Source: Minisyncoccota bacterium (GTDB lineage Bacteria > Patescibacteriota > Minisyncoccia > Minisyncoccales > CSSED10-335). From it: DNA of 39,877 nt. Under the pieces are notes generated by a model. That model was not told the origin of the DNA and did no database searches. It saw only the letters and a list, made by a program, of their open reading frames with translations. This document shows positions 9,567 to 17,567 of this stretch, in pieces. The translations under genes and the position numbers were made by a program. Positions within the stretch are counted from its first letter, which is position 1. Each line of letters opens with the position of its first letter. Where the stretch lies: NCBI GenBank assembly GCA_028701035.1, contig JAQVRO010000002.1, positions 30,226 to 70,102 on the forward strand, written 5' to 3'.

Positions 9567-10096
9567 AACAATGTTTTTCTTGTAAGGAAAAGATGGAGCG
9601 AGCACTGCTATACAATGTAGAGGTGGATTATTGCCCTAAGTGTTTTGGTTTGTGGTTTGACAAAGATGAGCTTAGATTGGCCAAAGATAAGGCCGATGAA
9701 AATATTAAATGGCTTGATGTTGATTTATGGTCCGATGATTCTAAGTTTAAGATTGCTAAGGGCGGTAAGTTATGTCCAATAGACCGTCTTCCCTTGTATG
9801 AGGTAGAGTATGCCGATTCGGGGATTAAGGTAGATATCTGTATAATTTGTAATGGAGTATGGTTAGATAGAGGTGAGTTTAAGCAGATTATTAATTACTT
9901 AAAACAAAGAGGTGACTGGGAGATTTTAAATAATTATTACAAGAATCTTGCAGGAGAAGCCTTAGAGATATTTATTGGCCCCAAGACAATGCGAGAAGAG
10001 ATAGTAGATTTTTTAATAATCCTCAAGCTTTTTAATATAAAGTTTTTGGTAAGTCACCCTAAAATATCTCAGGCAATATCAATGTTGCCAAAATAG
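9563..10096 (+). CDS. Protein with two zf-TFIIB-like zinc ribbons.
   Basis: The two repeats are CFSCKEKM...YCPKCFGLWFDKDEL and CPIDRLPL...ICIICNGVWLDRGEF. Its start forms an ATGA overlap with htpX. Confidence 0.6.
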   Translation: MKQCFSCKEKMERALLYNVEVDYCPKCFGLWFDKDELRLAKDKADENIKWLDVDLWSDDSKFKIAKGGKLCPIDRLPLYEVEYADSGIKVDICIICNGVWLDRGEFKQIINYLKQRGDWEILNNYYKNLAGEALEIFIGPKTMREEIVDFLIILKLFNIKFLVSHPKISQAISMLPK

Positions 10097-10099
10097 TTT

Positions 10100-10187
10100 G
10101 GAGGGATCAGATAGTGGTTTATTCTAATGGCTTGGAAAGCCATGCTTTGTAAGAGGCCCGTGGGTTCGAATCCCACTCCCTCCGCCA
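10100..10187 (+). tRNA. tRNA-Ser (anticodon GGA), type II, with CCA encoded.
   Basis: The acceptor is GGAGGGA/TCCCTCC, the anticodon stem ATGGC/GCCAT with loop TTGGAAA, and the T arm GTGGG-TTCGAAT-CCCAC. It has a long variable arm and a terminal GCCA. Confidence 0.85.
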
Positions 10188-10200
10188 AATTGTACTTTTT

Positions 10201-10231
10201 GCAAAAACTCCGAGAAATCGGAGTTTTTTGC
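10201..10231 (+). terminator. Intrinsic terminator after tRNA-Ser.
   Basis: The hairpin AAAAACTCCGA-GAAA-TCGGAGTTTTT has a T run. Confidence 0.6.
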
Positions 10232-10269
10232 CTAGCGAGTTGGAAATTCTTTGTTTGACTAAATTGTGA

Positions 10270-10350
10270 ATAATTTATATACTAACTATTGATACAGTCA
10301 AAAAAATAGCGGACGCTCTTGGCGTTTCGATTGAGGATTTAATAAAATAA
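10270..10350 (+). pseudogene. 3' remnant of an XRE-family HTH (controller-protein-like) gene.
   Basis: The frame reads IIYILTIDTVKKIADALGVSIEDLIK*. This is the typical end of an XRE HTH domain. There is no start codon, and an in-frame TGA lies at 10267. Confidence 0.5.
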
Positions 10351-10354
10351 AACT

Positions 10355-11146
10355 ATGGCTAGACAAATTACAATTACAGCTGAATATTTCCGTCAATACA
10401 GACAAAAACTTGGTTTTTCAAACCAAGCAGATGTTAAAAACTTTTTTGGTGCGAAAGATATTACGCCGACCGTTGATTTGAATTATATTGGATTATTAAA
10501 TGAAAGACTTTATAACATCATTGATAAAATCAATGATGTCGTCGCCAAAGAAATAAAAATCGACGATTCTATTGCTTTCAAAAAAGAACATATTGACCGA
10601 ACTTTTGAAATCATGAAGGCAAATAATATTTTGCCGGTTTTAAATAATCAAGGCAGACGACCAGAACAGGTTTATTACTCATGGATGAGAGGTTATGTTT
10701 TATCAAATTATTTTTTGAAAGCACTTGGTTTAGTTTTTGAAGTTGATACTTCAAGTATAGATTTAATTGGCGACGACGATTTAAAGAATATAGAAACATT
10801 TAAAAGAACACCAAAAGCAGATTTAGAAATTAAATTAAACGGAAAAGAAAAAGTAAGAATTGAAATGCAGTCTGGTTTTACTGGAATAAATGACATAAAG
10901 CAACATAAAGTATTGGAAGCAAAACGAGTTTTTCGTGATTTGGGTTTTCACACTCTGGCAATTCATTTTGACTTATATAATGGTCAGGTTGCTTTTATTA
11001 AGCTAGATGAAATTGAGGACGATAGCGTTAATTGGATTACAAGACAACAAATGGAGGGACAAACAGTTTTCAATATTGATCAAAATTATTTTATTTGGAA
11101 GATTACAGAAAGCCCAGTTAAGTATAAGGAAATTAATTTTGATTAG
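10355..11146 (+). CDS. Hypothetical protein; candidate PD-(D/E)XK-like restriction endonuclease partner of the adjacent methyltransferase.
   Basis: The 263 aa product ends 8 nt upstream of the m5C MTase. A possible catalytic pattern is IGDDD...KADLEIK...VRIEMQSG (D...ExQ, as in a few type II enzymes). I recognise no family. Confidence 0.45.
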   Translation: MARQITITAEYFRQYRQKLGFSNQADVKNFFGAKDITPTVDLNYIGLLNERLYNIIDKINDVVAKEIKIDDSIAFKKEHIDRTFEIMKANNILPVLNNQGRRPEQVYYSWMRGYVLSNYFLKALGLVFEVDTSSIDLIGDDDLKNIETFKRTPKADLEIKLNGKEKVRIEMQSGFTGINDIKQHKVLEAKRVFRDLGFHTLAIHFDLYNGQVAFIKLDEIEDDSVNWITRQQMEGQTVFNIDQNYFIWKITESPVKYKEINFD

Positions 11147-11154
11147 ATTTTTTT

Positions 11155-12288
11155 ATGAGTAAAGCCAAAAAATTAAAAGTTATAGATTTGTTTTCTGGTG
11201 TGGGTGGTTTGAGTTATGGCTTCGCCCATGACGATAATTTTGAAATTGTCGCCGCTAATGAGATTTTGCCAAATATGGCAAAAGCATACTCATTGAATCA
11301 TCCAACAGCAAAAGTCTATGCGGAGGACATCAAAGATTTTAATGCAGAAAAAGTTGAAAAAGATTTAGGAATCAAGGCGAGCGAGATTGATATTATCGTC
11401 GGTGGACCGCCTTGTCAGGCTTATTCCACAGTTGGAAAAAGATTGATTGACGACCCACGAGGTAAATTATTTCAAGAATACTATCGTGTTTTAAAAGAAT
11501 TTAATCCAAAACTTTTTCTCTTTGAAAATGTTAAAGGTCTTTTATCAATGCAAGGTGGCGAATTATTAAAAACAATTATTTCACTTTTTGAATCTCTTGG
11601 ATATAAAGTTCAGTATAAACTTTTGAATGCCGCTGATTATGGTGCACCCCAGGTAAGAGAAAGGGTTGTAATTATTGGCTCAAAACTTAAAACTGATTTT
11701 GAATACCCAGAACCAACTCATTATAATCCAGAGGAAAAACCTGATTTGTTTAACAAAAAACTCAAACCATATTTAACACTTGAAGAAGCAATAAGTGATT
11801 TGCCTTTCATTAAATCAAATGAAGAAAGTTTTGAATATTCTTCTAAACCACAAAATGATTTTCAAAAGTTTATGCGTAAAAACGCACCGACAAAACTAAT
11901 GGATCATAATTCGCCAAACAACAATGAAAATTTGGTCAAAATAATGGAGCTATTGCCAGACGGAGGAACACCAGAAGATTTGCCAGAAGAATTACGCCCA
12001 ACATCAGGTTTTAAAAATACATATTGTCGTCTTTGGTGGAAGCGACCAGCAACAACTATAACAAGAAATCTAAGCACACCGTCATCATCTCGTTGTATTC
12101 ATCCAAAAGCACCTAGACCACTGACAACAAGAGAGGGTGCGAGAATTCAATGTTTTCCAGATGATTATAGATTTTTTGGTTCACGAGGTGATAGAAATTT
12201 ACAAATTGGAAATGCTGTTCCAACATTTTTATCAAACGCAGTAGCAAAAGCAATTTTGGAAAATTTTAAATCAGAAAACGCAATATGA
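11155..12288 (+). CDS. dcm: DNA (cytosine-5)-methyltransferase.
   Basis: All the canonical motifs are present: DLFSGVGGLSYGF (I), GGPPCQAYS (IV), ENVKGL (VI), QVRERV (VIII), TTREGARIQCFPDDY (IX) and GNAVP (X). Confidence 0.95.
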   Translation: MSKAKKLKVIDLFSGVGGLSYGFAHDDNFEIVAANEILPNMAKAYSLNHPTAKVYAEDIKDFNAEKVEKDLGIKASEIDIIVGGPPCQAYSTVGKRLIDDPRGKLFQEYYRVLKEFNPKLFLFENVKGLLSMQGGELLKTIISLFESLGYKVQYKLLNAADYGAPQVRERVVIIGSKLKTDFEYPEPTHYNPEEKPDLFNKKLKPYLTLEEAISDLPFIKSNEESFEYSSKPQNDFQKFMRKNAPTKLMDHNSPNNNENLVKIMELLPDGGTPEDLPEELRPTSGFKNTYCRLWWKRPATTITRNLSTPSSSRCIHPKAPRPLTTREGARIQCFPDDYRFFGSRGDRNLQIGNAVPTFLSNAVAKAILENFKSENAI

Positions 12289-12938
12289 GCAAAGCAATTC
12301 AAAAATTAAATAAACTTAAAAATCCTGAATCGTTTATGCAAATCAATACGATTAAGGGTTTTAAATATGTTGATAGGGCTGGTGAAATTGTGAATGCTTA
12401 TCATAAAAATAATTCTGCACCTCAATTTCAAATGGGGCTTAATGGATTGGTTATTGAGCAACCGAAAGATAAAATTGATGAGTTAAAAATTACTGCCCAA
12501 GTGATATGGGCAAAATTTAGCGAGATAGATTCGTTAGATTCCATCTCTACCCTTTTTGCAAAGGAAAGCGAAAATATTCTAAAAATATTGGAAGTTGAAA
12601 AAATAAGCCGAATTGGCTGGCGGAATTATTTTGTTCATGAATTTTTGAATAAAGAAAAACAAGACGAATATCTAAAAAAATTCACGGTAATCAAGGACAC
12701 TAAACCGACAGTCGTAAGGTTAGATATAAAAACAGGCAAAGATTTTAACGCGAATTTGATGCTTCAACCTGTGATTAAGAATGATGAGAATAAGACATCT
12801 GGAATTCTTTTTGATATTGATATTTTCCAAAACGGAGAATTTGAGCCAAAAGATATATCTAAATTATTAAGAGAATTTAGACAATATCTTGCCGATGAAA
12901 ATGGATTTTTGAATGTTGTAAATAACACTTTTGAATAA
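12285..12938 (+). CDS. Hypothetical protein (217 aa) translationally coupled to the methyltransferase.
   Basis: Its start forms an ATGA overlap with dcm. I am not confident of any family. The segment ISRIGWRNYF vaguely recalls the RxGLRY motif of TIGR04255-type uncharacterised proteins, from memory only. Confidence 0.6.
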   Translation: MSKAIQKLNKLKNPESFMQINTIKGFKYVDRAGEIVNAYHKNNSAPQFQMGLNGLVIEQPKDKIDELKITAQVIWAKFSEIDSLDSISTLFAKESENILKILEVEKISRIGWRNYFVHEFLNKEKQDEYLKKFTVIKDTKPTVVRLDIKTGKDFNANLMLQPVIKNDENKTSGILFDIDIFQNGEFEPKDISKLLREFRQYLADENGFLNVVNNTFE

Positions 12939-12939
12939 T

Positions 12940-13164
12940 ATGTGGACAGAACTTGTTAAAAAAATAGAATTACAATCGGTGCTAGTGTTATTTTTGACAC
13001 TTCTTTTTGGGTTTTTACTTTTGAATAAAGATAATAGCTTATCAAGTCCCGCTGGAATTTTAGGAAGTATTTCAATCGGAATGGGGCTTTTATATACATT
13101 TGGCTCATTTTTTTCAAATCAGATCAAACCAACGAAAATAAACAGAGAATCATTGATTTTATAA
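12940..13164 (+). CDS. Small two-TM membrane protein (74 aa from the ATG; a TTG at 12931 is an alternative start).
   Basis: The ATG lies 1 nt after the upstream stop. The two hydrophobic helices are VLVLFLTLLFGFLLL and ILGSISIGMGLLYTFGSFF. Confidence 0.45.
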   Translation: MWTELVKKIELQSVLVLFLTLLFGFLLLNKDNSLSSPAGILGSISIGMGLLYTFGSFFSNQIKPTKINRESLIL

Positions 13165-13312
13165 ATATAATAAAATAAATTGCCCCGCCGAGTTCAAATT
13201 AGTTTTCAGGATTTTCGTCTAAAAAAAACACAGTCAATTTATAATTTTATATCGTTAATATCGAAAAAGAAGAAAGGCAAATTATTAATAATTACTCAAA
13301 GTTGATAAAAAC

Positions 13313-15859
13313 ATGACCGAAAGCATTTATAATATAAATAGTTTTCAAGGCCTTTCTCAGAAGGAGGCAAAGAAAACTTTAATGGCTGACGGATTCAATG
13401 AATTACCTTCTCAAAAAAAGCAGAGTTGGTTTTCTATTTTAATAAGGGTTTTGTCTGAGCCGATGCTTATCTTGCTTCTTGCTGGTGGGGCAATTTATCT
13501 TGCGATGGGAGAGCCTAGGGATGCTCTAATGTTACTTTCTTTTGTGTTTGTAGTCATTGGCATAACTTTTTATCAAGAGAGAAAAACCGAGAAAACACTC
13601 GAAGCCCTAAGAGATCTATCTAGTCCTCGAGCCTTGGTTATTCGTGATGGCGAGCAAATAAGAATTGCTGGTCGCGAGGTAGTTAGAAATGACATTGTTA
13701 TTATCCAAGAAGGAGATAGAATTCCAGCCGATGCAGTTATTTTATCGTGCCAGAATCTTTTTGTGGATGAATCTCTTTTAACTGGGGAATCAATGCCGGT
13801 GAGAAAGGTGGAATGGGACGAAAAAATGAATAGTCAAAGACCGGGTGGAGACGACTTACCCTTCGTATATTCTGGCTCATTGGTTACAAGTGGGCGTGGT
13901 GTGGCTCGGGTTAATTATACTGGAATCAATACCGAAATTGGTAAAATCGGAAAAAGTCTAGAAGGAATCAAAGATGAAGACACTTTATTAAAAAAGGAAA
14001 CCGCAAAGATTGTGCGTGCAGTGGCAGTTATCGGACTTATTTTGTGTGCCTTGGTGGTAATAATTTACATCTTTACCAAGGGCGATGTTATCGGGGGGTT
14101 GCTATCCGGCCTTACTTTGAGCATGGCTATGCTTCCAGAAGAATTTCCTATTGTGCTTTTAATATTTTTAACACTAGGAGCTTGGAGAATCTCAAAAAAC
14201 AAAGTATTGACAAGGCGCTCAGATGCTATAGAAACTTTGGGTGCGGCAACTGTGCTTTGTGCAGACAAAACAGGTACCTTGACGATGAATAAAATGGAAT
14301 TGAGTAATCTCTATGTGGACGATTCTTTTTGTGAGTTGGATGACACTAAACCGGAAAAATTATCAGAAAAATTTAGAACTTTACTTGAGTGTGGGGTTCT
14401 AGCTAGTCAGAAAGACCCATTTGATCCGATTGAGAAAGAATTGAATAAAATGGGGGAGCTATACCTTAAAGATTTCACTAAAGATCATTTTGATTTAATA
14501 AAAGAGTATCCTCTTTCCAAAGAGCTCTTGGCCCTGTCTCATGCATGGCGGTTAAATAGTACAGAATTAGTTGTCGCCTCAAAGGGTGCTCCAGAGGCAA
14601 TATTAGATTTATGTCATGTCAATGAAAATCAAAGACAACAAATTCTGCAAAAAGTTCAAGAAATGTCGGACAAGGGTTTGCGAGTTTTGGGTGTTGCTAG
14701 AGCAAATTCTACTTTGGAGATATTGCCAGACAATCATCACGATTTCGACTTTGATTTTATTGGATTACTTGGATTTATTGATCCAATTAGAAAAACAGCT
14801 CCGGATGCAATTAAAGAGGCTTACGAGGCAGGCATGAGAGTAATAATGATAACCGGAGATTATCCCGGCACTGCTCAATTTATTGCTGAAAAAATTGGTA
14901 TCAAAAACACCGAACAGTATTTGACTGGCGAAGACTTGGAAAAATTAAGTCAGTTTGAGCTTCAAGAAAAAATTAAAACTGTTAATATCTTTGCTAGAGT
15001 TATTCCAGAGCAGAAATTATTAATCGTTAAAGCCCTAAAAGCTAATAACGAAGTTGTGGCTATGACAGGTGATGGTGTTAATGATGCACCAGCCCTAAAG
15101 TCTGCTCATATTGGTGTGGCTATGGGAGAGAGGGGAACTGATGTGGCTAGAGAAGCTTCATCGTTAGTGTTGTTAAATGATGATTTTTCATCAATTGTAG
15201 TGGCGGTGCGTTTAGGGCGGAGGATTTATGGGAATTTAAAAAGAGCTATGGGCTATATCTTATCTGTTCATATACCGATTGCCGGGATGTCTATATTACC
15301 ATTAGTTTTCAATATGCCAGCAATGTTGCTTCCAGCACACATTGCTTTCTTGGAGCTGATTATTGATCCGGCTTGCTCAACTGTTTTTGAGTCTGAAAAA
15401 GAAGACGATGATATTATGAAAAAACCGCCTAGGGATATAGATCAACCGATGTTTAACTTTAAAACCGTATTGTTGAGTCTTCTACAGGGTTTAGGTGTTT
15501 TGATAGCAACATTTGTTTTGTTTTTGTTTGTTAGCAACTCCGGTAAAAGTGAAGCCGAAGTTCGTTCTTTTGTTTTCGTTTCGCTTGTCTTGGCAAACTT
15601 AATGCTCATTGTTATTAACTTATCTTGGAGTAAAAATATTTACCAAATAATTGTGTCTGCTAATAAAGTCTTGTTTGCGGTTATCATTGGAGCAATGTTA
15701 TCTTTGTTTGTAGTTTTGTATGTGCCATTCTTTGCCGATCTGTTTCGTCTTGCCCCTCTTGGCATAAAAGATTTTTTGTGGATTGGCCTAGCTGTTCTTG
15801 TTGGTTTGGCATGGTTCGAAGTATTGAAATTATTAAGAAATGAAAATACCAAAAATTAA
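13313..15859 (+). CDS. Cation-transporting P-type ATPase (P2/Ca2+-type-like).
   Basis: The 848 aa product has TGES, CADKTGTLT (phospho-Asp), MITGDYPGTA and TGDGVNDAPAL, with about 10 TM segments. Confidence 0.9.
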   Translation: MTESIYNINSFQGLSQKEAKKTLMADGFNELPSQKKQSWFSILIRVLSEPMLILLLAGGAIYLAMGEPRDALMLLSFVFVVIGITFYQERKTEKTLEALRDLSSPRALVIRDGEQIRIAGREVVRNDIVIIQEGDRIPADAVILSCQNLFVDESLLTGESMPVRKVEWDEKMNSQRPGGDDLPFVYSGSLVTSGRGVARVNYTGINTEIGKIGKSLEGIKDEDTLLKKETAKIVRAVAVIGLILCALVVIIYIFTKGDVIGGLLSGLTLSMAMLPEEFPIVLLIFLTLGAWRISKNKVLTRRSDAIETLGAATVLCADKTGTLTMNKMELSNLYVDDSFCELDDTKPEKLSEKFRTLLECGVLASQKDPFDPIEKELNKMGELYLKDFTKDHFDLIKEYPLSKELLALSHAWRLNSTELVVASKGAPEAILDLCHVNENQRQQILQKVQEMSDKGLRVLGVARANSTLEILPDNHHDFDFDFIGLLGFIDPIRKTAPDAIKEAYEAGMRVIMITGDYPGTAQFIAEKIGIKNTEQYLTGEDLEKLSQFELQEKIKTVNIFARVIPEQKLLIVKALKANNEVVAMTGDGVNDAPALKSAHIGVAMGERGTDVAREASSLVLLNDDFSSIVVAVRLGRRIYGNLKRAMGYILSVHIPIAGMSILPLVFNMPAMLLPAHIAFLELIIDPACSTVFESEKEDDDIMKKPPRDIDQPMFNFKTVLLSLLQGLGVLIATFVLFLFVSNSGKSEAEVRSFVFVSLVLANLMLIVINLSWSKNIYQIIVSANKVLFAVIIGAMLSLFVVLYVPFFADLFRLAPLGIKDFLWIGLAVLVGLAWFEVLKLLRNENTKN

Positions 15860-16544
15860 ATTTGAATTTAACCAAGAGCTTGATTTTAATCTTGCCTGGG
15901 AGTTTTATAATAATCCAAACCAAGCAGGAGCTAATTTTTGGAATAATGGGGCATTAAAGCATCATAGCGGATTAAAAGAGATGGAGATTGTTAGTAAAAA
16001 GAGAGATTTTTTACTTAACTATATTAACTGTTATTACAAGCAACAAAAGAATAGGATTGAGAAAAGGAAAAAAGAGATTGAGGTTCTGTACGATAAGAAG
16101 CATAGTCAATTCTTTGACGAGATTGGTAAAATATTCAAAGACTATCCATGGCCAAAAGGGAAATACATTGCATACTTATCAATATTTGATTTTTGTCCAA
16201 GATTTTTAAATGATAAAACATTTTTTGTTTTTGTAGATGATAACGATCAAAATATGATTTTTACTATTTCTCACGAAATGCTTCATTTCATATTCTACGA
16301 TTATTGTTTAGCAAAACATTTTGACATATTCAAAAAACAAGATACGGAAAGTGGCCCCTTCTGGGAAATAGCTGAAATATTTAATGTTGTTGTGCAACAA
16401 ACCCCTGGCTTTACCGCATTGCATGGTAAGATTAATAATGGTTATCCAGATCTTGAGCCAAAGATAAAAAGCGCTAAGGATTTGTGGACAGGAGATATTG
16501 ATAGCTGGATTAAGTCTTTTGATTTATTATCAATTAAAGAATAA
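15840..16544 (+). CDS. Hypothetical protein with an HExxH motif (putative metallopeptidase-like).
   Basis: The 234 aa product has ISHEMLHF. Its start overlaps the ATPase 3' end by 20 nt. Confidence 0.5.
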   Translation: MKIPKIKFEFNQELDFNLAWEFYNNPNQAGANFWNNGALKHHSGLKEMEIVSKKRDFLLNYINCYYKQQKNRIEKRKKEIEVLYDKKHSQFFDEIGKIFKDYPWPKGKYIAYLSIFDFCPRFLNDKTFFVFVDDNDQNMIFTISHEMLHFIFYDYCLAKHFDIFKKQDTESGPFWEIAEIFNVVVQQTPGFTALHGKINNGYPDLEPKIKSAKDLWTGDIDSWIKSFDLLSIKE

Positions 16545-16548
16545 ATAT

Positions 16549-17175
16549 ATGAAATTTTACCTATCTTCTTACAAACTTGGTAACGAAATTGAAAAGCTCA
16601 AAGCTATGATTTCTTTGAGTAATAAAAGAACAGCATATATTTCAAATGCACTTGATTTTTCCGATGATTCAGAAAGAAGAAAACAGAGCGAACAAGCTGA
16701 CATTGATCAATTAAATATAGTTGGACTAAGTGATATAGAAAAAATAGATTTAAGAGATTATTTTAGCAAGAAAGACGAATTAGAGAAGAAAATCTCTGGA
16801 TTTGATGTAATTTGGGTTCGCGGAGGAAATTGTTTTGTTCTAAGGCAAGCCATGAAATTGAGCGGGTTCGATGAAATCTTAAAAGACTTATTTAAAAAAG
16901 AAGGTATCATTTATGGTGGATATAGTGCAGGAGTCTGTGTTTTGGCTCCAACATTAAAAGGTATAGATTTGATAGATGATCCAAAAGTTAATCCATATAC
17001 CAATCAAGAAGAGATTATTTGGGATGGAGTCGACCTTTTAGATTATACAATATTACCTCACTATAAATCTGATCATTTTGAATCGGAAAAAGTAGACGAA
17101 GCTGTTGAATATATGAAAAATAATAAAATTCCATTTAAGCCCTTGCGAGATGGCGAGGTAATAATTATTGAATAA
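16549..17175 (+). CDS. Peptidase S51 (dipeptidase E-like) family protein.
   Basis: WVRGGNCFVL and GGYSAGVCV (Ser nucleophile context) are present. I chose the ATG at 16549 (MKFYLSS) rather than the track start at 16498, which would overlap the upstream gene. Confidence 0.75.
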   Translation: MKFYLSSYKLGNEIEKLKAMISLSNKRTAYISNALDFSDDSERRKQSEQADIDQLNIVGLSDIEKIDLRDYFSKKDELEKKISGFDVIWVRGGNCFVLRQAMKLSGFDEILKDLFKKEGIIYGGYSAGVCVLAPTLKGIDLIDDPKVNPYTNQEEIIWDGVDLLDYTILPHYKSDHFESEKVDEAVEYMKNNKIPFKPLRDGEVIIIE

Positions 17176-17214
17176 AAGTCGTAGAGTTAAGAGAGAATTA
17201 ATAAAAAATAATTT

Positions 17215-17475
17215 ATGAAACATAAAAAGAAAGTTTGGTCAGAATATTTTCAAAAGATTTTAGATGGTAAAAAGAACTATGAGGTGCGTCTCGCAGATTG
17301 GGATTGTATTGAAGGCGATATCTTAGTTCTGCAAGAGTGGGATCCTATTACTAAAGACCTTACAGGTAGAGTTATTGAGAAGGAAGTTACTTATGTTGCC
17401 AAAACCAAAGATTTTACATTTTGGTCAAAAGAAGAGGTTGAGAAGTATGGTTACCAGATTATATCATTCAAGTAG
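17215..17475 (+). CDS. ASCH-like DUF3850 domain protein.
   Basis: The 86 aa pattern W.EYF..I..GKK.YEVR..D......GD.L.L.EW......TGR matches my memory of DUF3850. Confidence 0.65.
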   Translation: MKHKKKVWSEYFQKILDGKKNYEVRLADWDCIEGDILVLQEWDPITKDLTGRVIEKEVTYVAKTKDFTFWSKEEVEKYGYQIISFK

Positions 17476-17493
17476 TTGTAGTAGTTCTAAGAT

Positions 17494-17521
17494 TTGCTTT
17501 CTGATTTTAATTTGATATAAT
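17494..17521 (+). promoter_or_regulatory. Promoter TTGCTT-16 nt-TGaTATAAT (extended -10).
   Basis: Read directly. It lies about 47 nt upstream of the ATG at 17568. Confidence 0.45.
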
Positions 17522-17567
17522 AGCCACAGGAAAAGGTCTAGGTATTTTAGTAAATTAAAAAGAAATT

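Noticed and set aside
10355-13164. Calling the cassette a mobile element or genomic island.
   Set aside because: I found no integrase, transposase, inverted repeats or convincing att duplication. tRNA adjacency and a broken HTH gene are suggestive only, so I report it as a finding rather than as a mobile_element feature.
13165-13210. A possible attR-like direct repeat of the tRNA-Ser 3' end (CCCCGCCGAGTTCAAATT versus CCCTCCGCCAAATT / GGTTCGAAT) at the right edge of the methyltransferase cassette.
   Set aside because: The match is only about 7-9 nt and is interrupted, and the window has no integrase. It is too weak to call an integration boundary without comparative genomes.
14044-15923. Alternative-frame and antisense ORFs within the P-type ATPase (14044-14292, 14065-14268, 14616-14837, 15640-15852, 15684-15923).
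   Set aside because: They are embedded in a continuous, motif-rich 848-aa ATPase frame, and their translations are Cys/Arg-rich or nonsense-like.
16498-16548. The upstream extended starts given by the ORF track: 16498 for the S51 peptidase and, similarly, 33457 for hisS.
   Set aside because: The extensions overlap the preceding genes by 47 nt and 20 nt respectively and add non-conserved residues. The internal ATGs (16549; 33481) begin right after the upstream stops and give canonical N-termini.
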